Positions 1-13,800 of a stretch of DNA of 64,000 bases are shown here, in pieces; position 1 is the stretch's first letter; each line of letters opens with the position of its first letter. A program made the position numbers and the translations under genes. This DNA comes from Dimorphilus gyrociliatus. Taxonomy: Eukaryota; Animalia; Annelida. Below the pieces are notes generated by a model. The model was not told the DNA's origin, made no database searches, and was given only the letters and a program-made list of their open reading frames with translations. Location of the stretch: the NCBI GenBank assembly GCA_904063045.1, contig CAJFCJ010000023.1:558001-622000 (forward strand), given 5' to 3'.

Positions 1-3000
1 AGATTCGACACTCTTTGCAATTGATTCAACTAGTGGGGCTCTTTCAACACTTCAATCGTTAGATTACGAAGCAACCGTTCAGACTTACACCTTGGTTTTG
101 AGAGTTTCAGATAACTATGGCAATACGGGAAATCTAAATGCTCAAATTACGTTTACAATCAATGTTCAAGATGAAAATGATAATTTTCCAACTTTCGCTC
201 AAACCGTCTACACATTAAATATTGACGAATCTTTTGCTGCTAATACACTAGTTCCGTCTGGTACAATTACTGCCACGGATGCAGATAGCGGTGCCAATGC
301 TGCTTTGACGTATTCTATTTACGGCGGAACCGGTCAGACTAGTTTTGTAATAAACGCTGCTACTGGCGCAATTTCGACTGCAGCCTCTCCCGGCTTGGAT
401 CATGAAAATAGACAGATTCACGCATTATTAATTCGAGCTGTGGATGGTGGTACTCCTGCTAAAACAGGTCAAACAGTCGTTAATATTAACGTGAACGATG
501 TTAATGACAATACACCCGAATTCTTACCGAACAACCTCCAAGCATCTGTAGATGAAAATTCAGCAGCTGTTACAGACATTGTTACGGTAACAACTTTTTC
601 TTTTGGAATTTTTTCTCTTTGAACTTTTTCTAATAATTTTTCTTTGAACTATTACCAGTTAACGCTAAGAGATTTGGATTTAACTGGGATAAATATTCAA
701 CAAGCCGTTTCTATAACAACAAATCCATCATCAAGATTTCAAATATCTTATACACCTTCTGCTGTACAAACTACTTATCCAATTTTACAAACAGCCGTTA
801 GCCTTAACAGAGAAGTACAATCAACGTAATAAAGACATATATATATATATATATATTCACATAATATACACTGTATGATCAAATTAAATTTGCTACTTTT
901 ACTTTAATATAGGTATGTTGTGGTTATAGAAGCAGTAGATACCGGAACTAATCCTTCAGCTTTAACTGGAACAGTATCCGTTACCGTAACGGTCAACGAT
1001 ATTAATGATAATACACCAGTGATTACTAGTACAGGTCATACTGTGAGCGTTTACGAAAATACAACTATTGGCTCTGTTATTATTGATGTGGACGCTACCG
1101 ATAGCGATACTGGAGATAATGCTGCATTGACCTACACAATAGCTTCCGGAGATGCTTTAGGGCATTTCATGATTGACGCCGGCACAGGAATATTAAGTTT
1201 AAAGACATCGCTAAATTACGAAGCAAATATAGTACACAATCCAGTAGTTGTTGTTTCCGATAGAGGAAGCCCATCGCTTTCAGTAACTGTAACTTTAACT
1301 GTAAGCGTTGTGGATAATAACGATAACTCACCACAAATACCCTCTACTTATACATTCAATATTGCCGAAAACGCTCCAATCGATACAAGGATCGGTCAAA
1401 TAGCAGCAACGGATGCTGACTCGAATAATAATGCAGCAATTCAATACCAAATCGTCTCAACTGTCTCAGGACCAGCTGACAGTTTTCGAATAGATATCTG
1501 TAAGGGACTTTTCATAGGAAATTCTCCTAAATCTTTATCTTTAATTACGACTAACAGCAAACTGTTAAAAGGGTTTTTTTTAATGTTTAAACAGCCAGCG
1601 GTGCCATATTCACAAAAACTATCAATTTGAATAGAGAAGGAGTTAGCACCTATAAATTATTGTGCAGAGCAACTGATGGTGGAAGTCCACCGCTTCATTC
1701 CGATACAATTGTTACTATCAACTTGCTGGATGAAAATGATAATAAGCCAGTATTTACGAAAAGCAATCACAAGGTCAATCTGGTAGAGCATACGAAACCG
1801 GGAGTGTTTCTAGTACAAATAGAAGCAACCGATTATGATCAAAGTGTAAATGCTAAACTAATTTTTTATATTGATCCGTTGAATAACGTTTCAAATTCAT
1901 TTTTCGAAATTGACGCCATTTCAGGTAAGTCTATGAATATTGAAATATCTATAAAATCTATATACGTCATATATTGATCGATATATAATATGCATAATGT
2001 ATACAAACTCTATATACGTATAGTATATTTATATAGATATGTATATTTGTTTGTTTATTTATTCATTTTAATATTTGAATAACTTGAAATACTTTTAAGA
2101 TAAACGTTTCAACAGGAAATGTTACATTAAAAAAGGAAATTGATCGGGAAACCGACGGAGATCAATTCAATTTTAAAGTTTACGCTAAAGATTCTGGTCT
2201 TTCGCCTCTTTTCAATTGGGTTTGGGTTACTGTTAATATTGTCGATATCAATGACCATACACCGACCTTTAGTGCCGCAAATTACTCAACTGAAGTTGCT
2301 TATAATGAAGCGTCAAATTATACGATTCTCCAGTTGACCGTTACCGACAAGGATAAGGGTTTCAATTCCGACTTGGTCTTTACTCAAAATGGAGCAAAAA
2401 ATATATTCAATATGGATATTAAAAAGGGAAAATTTTCCCTAGTCTCTGGAGTAACCTTACCAATTTCAACCAAATACACTTTTAGTGTAGACGTTACCGA
2501 TTTGGGTACTCCTAAGAGAGGATCTCAAACCTACGTAAGAATTGATTCATTCAATCCAGATTCGGTTATAGTGAGAATCGAATTGAATCTTGAAGTTGAC
2601 GAATATAAATCGAAAAGAGCAGGTCTGATTAATGAATTGACAACGGCTTGTAAGACCAAATACCCTACTTGCCAAGTAAAACATTGGAAATATTCAAAGA
2701 GAAGAGCCCAAAATATACTATTAAGTAATAGAAGAAGGCTATTGCAAGTAACGACAACAAATCTAGAGTAATAAATAATAGAATATGACCATTATTCATG
2801 ATGAAGAAAAACTCTTTATCTTTTCAGATTGGAATATATCAACGAATATATTTATGCAGTACTAGACGATGGTACAGGGTCCAATGATGCCAAAAAAATA
2901 TTAGCCAAAAATGAATTATTAAGTATGTTTAGAAGCAATGCTAATACAGGAACTCCGTCTACTTTAATTCAAGGTTTAATAATCTCTTTATTTCCTCTCT

Positions 3001-4020
3001 CCTCCTCTCTTCCTTCATAACCTATAAATAATAGAGAAGGAGAGATTAGTTTATAAAAGATAAACTCATCTAAACTTCCGATTGTATACAGGGTCTAATT
3101 TCGATACTTATAAAATCAACGCGGTCCATCCGTACAAGGAAGATTCAACTACTACACCCTGGATTGAAACAACTACTGGAATTGCGGTTGTTGCAACTTG
3201 TGCGGGAGTTGGCCTCATACTTATTATTGCCCTTATCGTATTCCTCATTTACTGGTGTTGCATTCGAGAGAGGTTTTTACTTTAACTATTCAATTGATAT
3301 ATCTTATAAACTAATGATTTTTCCCCCTCGTAAAAGGCTTTTTATACCAGAAAACCGCCCTGTTACAGCTGTAAGGCGTCCTAAACCTAAAACGAATATG
3401 TTTCGCGGTAAGTGGAAACCATTACATAACTGGATATTAAAAAATAGAACCAATAACAATTAACCCGTCTATCATTATACTTAACTAATCAATAGAAAAT
3501 GGACGACCAACAACACCAATAGTAGTGGTTCCTGCGAAGGTAAACACGATAACAGTATTGTTATTTTATTACGTAATATATAATGGGTTTTTTTAAATTG
3601 TAATTGTTATCTTAAAGGACAACAACGGAAAGAAATCTATACCTCCTACAGACACTTCGTTTGAAAAGGTATAATAGATTCTTATCAGTCCTTCTTTAAT
3701 GATTACAAAATTTCTATTTTCCTCCTTTAAAGTCAAAAGCAACGAATGAAATATATTCGAAATCCTCGTGGGGAAACAGAGGTTCGAGATCAATAACACC
3801 AGTTTTAACCCCAGAAGCAAATTATGATAAACAGGCCGTGGATCCAAGTAATAAATAACTGAATATCGAACATAGATATACATTTTTTCTATTGATATCT
3901 TCTCTTTTTCTTTAACTAGCAACTGGAAAAATGTACGAATATAATTCAAAGACAGGAGAGAGACGATGGCTTCAAGATCGGGATGGAAATTCAGTAATGA
4001 AGAAAGGAATGAACTTTTAA
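1..4020 (+). CDS. 3' part of a multi-exon single-pass cadherin-repeat protein (Fat/protocadherin-like, 5' end outside the window)
   Basis: At least 6 cadherin repeats with Ca-binding motifs (DENDNFP, DVNDNTP, DINDNTP, DNNDNSP, DENDNKP, DINDHTP; LDYE/LDHE/LNRE/IDRE). In-frame GT-AG exons: <1-586, 659-825, 913-1499, 1595-1924, 2116-2767, 2828-2973, 3092-3272 (TM helix GIAVVATCAGVGLILIIALIVFLIYWCC), 3337-3407, 3496-3539, 3618-3668, 3733-3847, 3920-4020 (stop TAA). Cytoplasmic exons are less certain than the extracellular ones. Confidence 0.9.
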
Positions 4021-6923
4021 ATATCTGCAATAAGATATATAGAAAAAAGTGATTAACAAACAAGCAAACATGAATTCTTTCCACACGAAAAGAATACCAA
4101 AAAAGATAACTTGAATACTGTTAAACAGCATTTCTATTAGTTGTTTTTTGTTTAATTTCTATGTTCTACCTTATGGCTCTCTCTCTCTCTCCCTCTCTCT
4201 GTTTTTTTTTGTATTTGTTTATCAGCCTACATGGAATCTCTCTTCAGATACTCAACTTGAAAAGCATATTTATTTTACGACCGTAAAAGATAAAAAAAAT
4301 TATAATGCTATTATTATTTCGTACGAATAAAAAAGTCTATGGTGTGCCGTGTTCAAAGGAAAAAAAAAACAGGGAAAGTTTTGATAATTATCTATATTGA
4401 AGCTTGATTGAACCGTGTTATGAACAGTTTACACATCAATCTCTATTTAATAATAGCTCACTTCTATCTTTCTTCTTTTAATTGTGAAAACAAATAATGT
4501 ATACATCTCTTAAATTGTCGGAAACTAGAATAAGGAAATTGTTAAGTGTTATTGTACGAATTTTAATTGAAATAAGATTAATGGATTGATTACAAATGGT
4601 CAATTTAGAGTTATAAATATAGAGTAAGTGTAGGAGAAGGAGGACGACGAAGGGAAAGAACTAATTTATATAATTTATCTTTTGTAAAGAAATATAATAG
4701 ATATTTCTATTAATGATATTCGATCAAATAGCCAAAGTGTCATTATTAATGATATAGTTTTTCTTGATAATTATAGTTATAGTACAAGTAAACCAATGTA
4801 AACATTTCATATCGTCACTATGTGCAGTATTATAAAATTCTGTACCGAGAAAAAAAATACGACAACTGGAAAAGTCTGGCCTAAATCATTAAAGGCCTAT
4901 GTCAGACAGTAATTAGTCAATCAAACTTTGGCTATAATATTCGTTTTACCAATATTAATATTAACAAACAGTCTACAAACATAAAGTATTGCATAAAATG
5001 AGACTCTTACGAGAAGTAGACATTACTTTTATCTACTAGCTCGTTATATATTTTTCCATTCACGTTTTACCAGTTTTTTCTCATTGTTCTTTATATACGG
5101 TAATCCCTTATCCGCAATTCCTTCCCTTTCTCTCTTTTAATAGACATTCTTGTGTCTGTTTGCTAATAAATTTCATTTGTCGTATGCAGGATCTTACCTC
5201 TTTACTTTATCCTTCCTTTTTTCTACATATCCCTTTTAACCTATTTTTACAGTTTTTGTTCCAATTCTTCTTCTGTTTAGTGGTTATCAATTTGCAATTA
5301 TCTTATCGAATGGAAAAGCTATCTAAATGTCAACAACTAGAAGCAGATAAACGTTAGGTCGGTTCTTCTTCCCCTTAACTTCTTGAATAGCATATTTCAC
5401 TCTGGTGAGATGTAAACAAGTCAACAAAAATTATCATGAAATAGCAAAGCGAGTTATGATGGAGGAGAGAATGAATTAATACTATTTATAAGTATTACTA
5501 AGTGAATGAGAGTTTTTTCTCCAAGTTATCCTCCAACTAATAAACATCCAGGTAATGTTAAAATAATGTATTATGCGAGCGTGTGAGCGGGGTGAGCGTG
5601 ATCGTACGGCTAGCTGGCAGTAAGAGAGTTTTCATCTATTCTAAATTCATTTAATTTAACGAAAAACATCTAGTTATCAATCTAGATGATTCTCTTCTCT
5701 AGCCGACAAGAAGTGAGATATGATTCTTCATTCTAAGTGAATTCGTTGAAATTTATCTTCATCCGTCTGTCTACTTAAGAGATAAAATTTCATAGAAATT
5801 TCACGATCAACACATTTCTTACAATTTAAAGAGGAAAACAAAATCTGAACTAATTAAGATAAATGTAAAAATTGAAACAATATGTTTAGCTTATTTACTT
5901 GTTTATTCTATTCTATTTTTTTTGTATACACTTATATATTATTTATAAACAACTGCTGAACTAGTTTTAAACCATTAGAAAAAGATTTCTATTCCTTTTA
6001 TCAGTATTAATACAGTATTTATCATCTCTGAATAAAGGAGATAGGCAGACAGATAGACAAAGGAAGAGAACAAAATGCGAAGAAAAAAGAATTTTCTTTC
6101 CTACCTTCCTATTTTCTCTTCCAGTTTTCTGGTCTTTTCTAACCCTACTAAATGAGGTTAACCGAAAAGTCTCTAATGCATAAGGAATTATGCGTTTTAC
6201 GTGTTGTCTTAAAAAGGAGAAAATTGCTTTTCTACGAATTTCTCTACTTTTCTTTTAAAATAAAGTGTAAGAGAAGAAAGTGTTTTGATAAGATTTCCAA
6301 CCAAGATTAAGAAGATCGTATAGTCTTTTGTACCCTACGAAGAAGAATGAGGATAGAGAAAAGGGAGAAGATGGAGAAACTTTCCAAGAAAAGCGAATAA
6401 CCTCTTCATTAATAATATACAGAATTTCAATATGATCATTATAGACGTAATAGTTAAGTGGTTGATTATGCATCGCTTGTTCGTTGAATAACTTTCCTTC
6501 AGATTACTTAATATGAAAATACAACTAATGAGAAAGTAAGCAGTTCCTTTCCTATTATGTAATATTCAGGTTGGAAATTTGATAAGACGTCGGTCACCAG
6601 TTCAATTAGAGGGCTTTTATTTCCCTTAAATAAGTCATATAACCTTTAATATTTTTCTCTATTTCTCTTTCATTTCACCCTGGTTTTTTCTTTTTTCTTT
6701 CCTACGTTGTTTATTCGATAGAACGAAAAACAACTAGATGAGCTCGGTAAGACCTCCGACGTGAAGAATCCTATACTCGTTGTCTAACAACATTCGTGCG
6801 GTTGCAATTATTTTCTAATAAACTATCTGTTGACACTCGAAGATTCCATTTATTCAATACGAGACTTTTTAGCTGCAACTAAGCGTTTACGACTGGAATG
6901 CTTTTCTACAAGTAACCTTATAA

Positions 6924-6974
6924 ATGATGAAAATCGGTCTAGACGTCACTTCTAAGCGAACGAAAAATGAAAAG
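6924..6974 (+). CDS. Candidate upstream first coding exon of the PDZRN gene (MMKIGLDVTSKRTKNEK)
   Basis: ATG at 6924, 17 codons, strong donor AAG|GTAAGT at 6975. Phase 0 matches acceptor AG at 7867-7868 (exon start 7869), in frame with ATG 7878. Inferred from splice signals only. Confidence 0.45.
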
Positions 6975-7394
6975 GTAAGTATATAAAAAATACTAAAGAA
7001 TAAGACAGAAGTAAACCAACCAAAACTATACATTTTCTAATAGATTTTCTTTATAAATTTAATAAAGGAGATATTCCATTTTCTCCCTTTTGTATTGTCG
7101 AAACCTCTTTAATATCCTTCTCCTAGAAAGTAAGTAGTCTCTTATTGTATAATTTTATAAAATCTAAAAAAAAACCCCTTTTCATGGGCCGAATTATGAA
7201 TTTACTACTCTTTTTTTATCTATGCAATCTACTTGTTTTTTCTTTTTTGTCCCTCTTCTTTTCTTATTATTATTGGCCGTATTATTAATATATGTAATAA
7301 TTGTAGTAATTGTAAGAAAGGGAAAGGGTTTCGTCGAGTGGAAATCTTCCATGTCTTCATTTTATAATAGATTATTATTACCTTTTTAAGTTTA

Positions 7395-7751
7395 CCGCCA
7401 GATGGCAGCTTTCGGTTTGCTAAGTGGGATAGGGAAGGTTTATACCAAAATGCAATTAATATATTATTACAAAAATTAGTGTATAATATATTGAATAAAT
7501 AGCTTCTCTAGGCTAATACTTGAAGGATAATGTCTGTTGACACTCTCGTTTCTATAGTTACTGTATTCCTCTTTTAGCATCTCATTGCTGTAAAAAAAAA
7601 TATAGGATTTTCATTACTTCTTGAAGGTAATTAACTTACGAACACCAATCGGACTGGAAATATGTCTTACCAATAGGGCTTATGGGATAGCCTGTCCAGG
7701 GAATTGGCCAGTAGCATATTCCGAATAAAATCTGGTCCCGCCAGATGGTGC
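7395..7751 (+). promoter_or_regulatory. Pair of CTCF-like motifs upstream of the PDZRN RING exon
   Basis: CCGCCAGATGGCAG (about 7395-7408) and CCGCCAGATGGTGC (about 7738-7751) fit the CTCF core CCASYAGRKGGCRS. Motif match only. Confidence 0.5.
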
Positions 7752-7877
7752 TCCGGTTCAAGAGAAATATCTTCCTCTTCCAATAGGCCACGAGCAGGCC
7801 GAGTTGACAGAACGTGCCTCGGAAGATTTCTCACAATATATTATCAATACTATCTTTTTGCTAATTAGCAACTAATT

Positions 7878-10800
7878 ATGGGATTGCTTAACGATATCTG
7901 CTTGATTTGTTCGAATGTTTCGGAAATATCTGTTAGGACTCCGTGCGGAAGAAAGTTCTGCAAAAGTTGCTTGTTACCATACGTCGCAAGGAAATTTTCT
8001 TGCCCAAATCGTTGCTGCCGGATAAAGCTGTCGGATCTAGAACAGTTGAAGATCCCCAAGGAAAAAGAAGTCGTTAAAGTCAGATGCAAATATTCATCTT
8101 TTGGCTGTCCTGCTGCTGTTCCACTCAGAGAAATGGATAGTCATGTGATTGACTGTAAATTCCGAACGGTGAAATGCGATTGCGGTCGAACAATGACCGC
8201 TTCGCAGTTGGATGATCATTGGAAAATTTGCAGATGGAACTTGTGCGGAAAGTGTCATCAGTCTGTGCCAAAAGATTCCAACGGCAATTTTGAGCACGAC
8301 TGCGTAGAAAGTTTGAAAAAGAAATTGGAAGAGTTCCAATTAGATTTAAAAGCTTCTCAGGTGATAGAAATTTAAATATTTCATTAGTACGTTTCAAAAT
8401 GTAACGAAAAATGCCTAATTAGTCTTGTTTTTTTGTCAAAATGAGCAGCTACAATAGGGAATTTATTCCATATATCTTCATGGATTTTTATCAATTTCGT
8501 ACAATATTTGAGACGCATTTCCGATAGTATCGTTCGTTCATTTAGAAAGAGGAATGAGGGTGAGGGGGCGGTGAAGAAAACGATAAAGAGACAGAAACAG
8601 AAAGATGTGGGGCAGGGTTGAAGGACACGGATGAAAAATAGTAAATGAGAGTGCAAAGTCATTTTGACCTTGAGACATTTTATAAACTTGCTTCTAAAAT
8701 GTGAATTATTCGCTTCAATAATTCCAATTAAATTAATTAACTACTTCTATACAATTCTTTTTTAATCTGTAGCTTTATTTTATCTTTTTTCTTTAAAAAA
8801 AAAACTCTACCAAGGTTTTTTTTTCTAGTTTTTAATTTAAGTAAAAGCACACACTTTTCGTTAATTGAACAAGAATGATGCAAAATTGGTATAAATTTAA
8901 CTAATAACATAGCTCTAGATCGGGAATAATTCACGACTAGTAGCGTGTTTGGTTTTGTTTTTAAGTGTATAGCGTTACACTATGTTTTTATACAAATATT
9001 AATAAAGTAGTCTTCAAGATAAAGTACTAAATATACGAAATATTTTGTATAATAATATTAAAGGTGCGTAAGATAAGCATACCTATTCTGTGCATAATAT
9101 ATAGTATATGAACATATGATAGATGAGAGAGATAGGGGGGAGTAGGATGAGGAGGCAGGGAAAGGAAGTGAAAGAATTGTATTCGTATAAAAGTACAGTA
9201 TATAAACACTATATATGAATTATATACAACTATATATGTTTAGAAACTATATAGATATATTTATTTATTTATTAAGAACATAGCCAGAAGGGGAAAATGA
9301 AGATAATATTAGTATAGATATAAATTCTCTATTCGCTCTTTTATATTCTTTTTTATATTAAAAATATGTGTCTATTTCGTTACATTTGGCTCTTTGATTA
9401 AAATTTTGCAGCTCTTCCCCGCTTTAGATCACAAAAAATTATATATGACGTGTCTTTTTTTTATGTTTCCAACTGCAATACAACTGGAAGTAAATTATTA
9501 GAAATTAGGTTCTTCCGTTGTTTTACCAATGAATGGCAGGAAATTAGCTGAAATATTCTACAGATTCCCCCTTTCCCCCTCTCTTTCTCCCCTCTCTCTT
9601 TATAATAAACCATAAAAATAATAGTCTCTCTCTTTCTCTCTCTCTCTCTATGCAGAAAAAAGAAAAATCCTTAGTGGAAAAGATGTCAAAAATGCATGAT
9701 GAAGAAGTGCTATTAGTGAAAAATTTTGCCTCAAAAATTCGCAAGTATCGAACCTTACTAATTGGATTAAGGGCTAGAAAACTCGGACGGGAGGTAGGTC
9801 GATAAGTGGTTTCCTTTTACTCTCCTTTTCCCTTACAAATAAGCGAAACAATTCACAAAAACCATAAATAATAACAGTAATAATAATAATAACAATAATA
9901 ATATAGAATTGCCGTTTACTTGATGCATTTCATTATGATCTCAAAGCGATAGTATTGATCGTCTAGACGGAAGTTAATGAATATTAATTAGTTCAACACT
10001 TTTCTGCAGGGTAACAACGTTAACCGAAGAGAGGAAGTTGTTGAGGTATGTAAATGAAACATAGATTAGACTGAAGAAGTCACATGTCAGTTTTATGCAA
10101 ATGTTTTTTGTGTTTGGGAAAGGGGAAAGTAGGAATTTGGAAAGGGAAAGTGAAGAAAACATAGTTAGTTTGTCCGTTTCTGGTAGATTTACTTTTCTTG
10201 TAGAAAATGGAAGCAAACTATATTAAGAATTTATAAATTTTGGGGTTAGATATTCGACGCTTGGGCTTTAACCATAAGTCAAAATGCAAATCGAGGAATC
10301 TAGAATTGGATTCCTTTGCTTACAAGTGAGAATCATAGGGCGATTAAAGTAAATTGTATGTGTAATCTATGTATTTGTTTATCAGTGGAAAAAAAGTCAG
10401 AGTATATGCATATATATTAGTAAATACTATTATTGTTCCAAAGTAAGAAAATGACCAATTGTTCTATAGAATTCCTTTAAAGAATAGCTAGAAAATTATA
10501 TTCTACTAATAATAATTGCTAGTACTCTTTAAAGTAAATTAAATTTATACAAACAATATGCAAATCACGGACCTTTGTGTTTACTGTATCGAGTTACTGA
10601 CGACGTTGAACATCGTAACAACTTTATTGTTGATAAATCAGCGTAAAAAAAATCCAACATATAATCCGTATCAGTATAGTCTTATACAGAATATACAATG
10701 TAATACTCGACATTCCGCTTATGTAAATTATATGCAAATTAGGAAATCACATGCAAATTAAGATGAATTGGCGCGATGCAGCGTAAAACGAACGTCGTAA

Positions 10801-13800
10801 TTCCCGAAGAGAACATCGAGTGTATTCAGATTACGCTAATCCCCAAGAGATAATCGCTTCTAAATCCAAAGTCACGTGGTGTCAGCAGCTTTTACTGCTA
10901 CCGAAAATTGACAGGGCTTAAATGTTTAGCTACTCTAATCCGATTTTGAATAAGATCACGTGATGAAACAAACTAATTTTGCGTTAGTAAGAGAGAAAGT
11001 GCCCTCTCCGACTTTCCAAAAAGTACAAACGATCAATTCTAGCGGAGAGAAGAAACACAAGAAAACGAAAATGCCTTCTGGTTCTTTTAATGAGAAATGC
11101 TGTAAAAACTTCCCATGTTGCCTAGTCTTCGAGTAGAAAGGCAAACAAAAAAATAAACAAGTATTTGCCAAGTAAGCCAAAAGCTGGAGATAAATTAATC
11201 ACGTGACAACTGACAAACTACTCGCCTTCCAGTTCAACAAGTCAAACGTTTCATTCTAAACGGAACTAAATGTCAATAAGAGTTTCTTATACGATCTACC
11301 CTTACATGAAATATCTCTTTCCAGCTTTCTTCTCTTTCTTCCTTCCTCCAAATGCATTATAGTGCGTTGTTCGGTCAACAAATGGCCCCAAAAATTAAAT
11401 TTGCATAAATAAAACTCTCTTTCCAGACTTATTCTAGTCACGTGACGTAATTAAGGCAAACAAAGAGATACTCAACCTTTTAAGAGCTCTAATCCGCTCT
11501 TGAACAAGCGGTCATTCGGTCAAATGATGCTGGAAATAAGAGACTTGGAGAGAGAAATTAGCGATTATTTCTCTACTTACTAATGAATGTTGTGCAATTC
11601 ACTATAATTTCAAACAAGGAGAGTTCGATAAAACTTTCCAATTAACTAATTAATTGGATAAGTTCCTACCAAAACCATCAGTTATTGCGTTGCCCACTAA
11701 AAATACGACAAACAAATCACGGATAAATGTATATAACGAGTCATTGACGTCTTTAATGATCTTTTCTTGACTCGATTCTCATGTGAATTTAACAAACTGA
11801 CAAACTCAGCTGCCTGCAAAAACATAACCTATAAAAAGATACAAAGTTAACTTTATCATCTTTTTAAATACAATAGACTTAGCGAAAAGGAAAATAGAAT
11901 AAATCAACCAAAAAATAAAACACACTTAACAACAAACAACCAAGCTAAAACCTGCTTAATAAAATATTTAGTTACTGTTTTAAAAGCGGAATGAGATGAT
12001 ACGACAATTTTTTTTTTGCAACCAATCAAGAGAATCACGTGATTTGTTAAGTTTGTAGTTATTGTAAACAAGTCACGTAGAAGTATTTGACAACGTTGAC
12101 GACCGTAATCTAATCTTGAATGCAGTCATATGACAAACTGACAGAGTTAGTTTTTGGTTTTTTCTCTCATTAGACTAATTAATAAGAAAAGAAGAGAGGA
12201 AAAGAAACAAAAGATAAAGATGAATATTATAATAGTTTAATTAAATTATTGAAGAGATGATATCCGTAGAGTAAATGTATAATAATTTATAATAAATAGT
12301 TCATAATGATGTATACAACACTACTGTAAATATCCGTTCCTACGTATTACATATCTATATAATATATCCTCAGTCTACACCTATACATAACTATATACTC
12401 TATCTATATGTATTCTCTACTGAACAACTGTTTTAACAGTATTGCATAGACAAATACACTCGTACACAGTTGGCCAGTATTTTCTTTTTCTTTTTCTTTT
12501 TACTTTGTACGATGTAAACTAAGTTTGTTAATTATATACTTTACAAGTTTCGCAGTTCGATAGGCCTATCTATATATTTTACTTATTAGAGAAGTAGACT
12601 TATGCGTTTGAGTTAATGATGTTTGAATGAATTTATTTATTAAAATACTATAAATCTACTGAGATCGTCGTTTCCTCTTTTTTTTACCGTATATAAAAAA
12701 AATTAAGAATAATGAGACAAACTATAAAACCAATTTCTCAAAAAGCTTCCCACGTGATGTATTTTAGTGCAATTAACTCAAACAAAAACTGGCTTACTCC
12801 TCTATCAGCTGACAAGCTCGACAAACTCGACAAGGCGTCGATTAGGCGTCACTCAGGGCACCTGCGTAAATTTTTCACCCGACGACAAAAAACACCAATT
12901 TGCTACTCGCATCACGTTCGGTGCGAATATCAGGCGATTCCTGCAGCGCCGTTGTTTGTCATGCGAAAACCGTCTACAACAATTTCCTGCTTCTGCTCCT
13001 TAGCGGTTTCGGACCTTTCCCATTAATGGATGGTTGTCTTATTAAATTTACCGGCCTACTTGAGGCATTAATTACAAAAGAAATAGTCTTCATATTGACA
13101 AAATCGACAGATGGCGCAGTAGAACAGTTTAAAGCCATCTCTAAAGAGAATAAACTCCAGAAATAAGATTAGCTAGATAGGATTTAGGGAAAAGAAACGG
13201 AAAAACGAGGAAGAGTAGTCATTTTCTTCCTTTCTCCTTTATGATTCATTTGGCGGCAGAGAAGAAGAAAGAGAGGGGAAAAGGCACGCGAAAAAGAGAA
13301 GGTTATCGACAGAAATATGCAAATGACTATTATGCAAATACTCGCTAAGATCTCTATTGGTTCCATTTAAAAAGAAAATACTCGGCGGGAGATGGCGTTA
13401 GCGCAACCTTAGATGTCGGTAATGTTCAAAGCGAATTTTGCATCACGAAACGTAATTACTACAATAAACTCCTTGTAATAAAGTAAAGGGGAATTTTTAT
13501 GTGGATTATCTCGTCTATAAGTAGAAAGAACTTCAAAAGGATTCTTTGAACGACAACTTATTACTTTTTGCCTCAAATTCAATGAAGACTAGGCAAAAGA
13601 GGAGAATGAGAGGATAAAAAAAAAATTGAATTCTTAATTTTTCTACAGAAATTAATGAATCGTCTCTCTGTACATTCACTAATTCGCAATGAATATTCAT
13701 GAGCGTGTCACAACTATCAAAAACATCTATATGGCAACCACATATCTAGAAATTCCCTAGAAACACGATTATCCATCTCCGCTGACTCTTAAGTAATACT

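Noticed and set aside
5367-5401. Minus-strand peptide VKYAIQEVKGKKNRPNV resembling the KAT6/SAMD1 winged-helix start
   Set aside because: The frame stops after about 25 codons, and I could not build compatible flanking exons.
7668-7835. Minus-strand open frame of about 55 codons ending at a GTAAG donor upstream of the RING exon
   Set aside because: No credible acceptor or downstream exon. It is better explained by a GC-richer regulatory region.
12022-12040. CCAAT near CACG, resembling an ER-stress element (ERSE)
   Set aside because: The spacing and sequence do not fit CCAAT-N9-CCACG.
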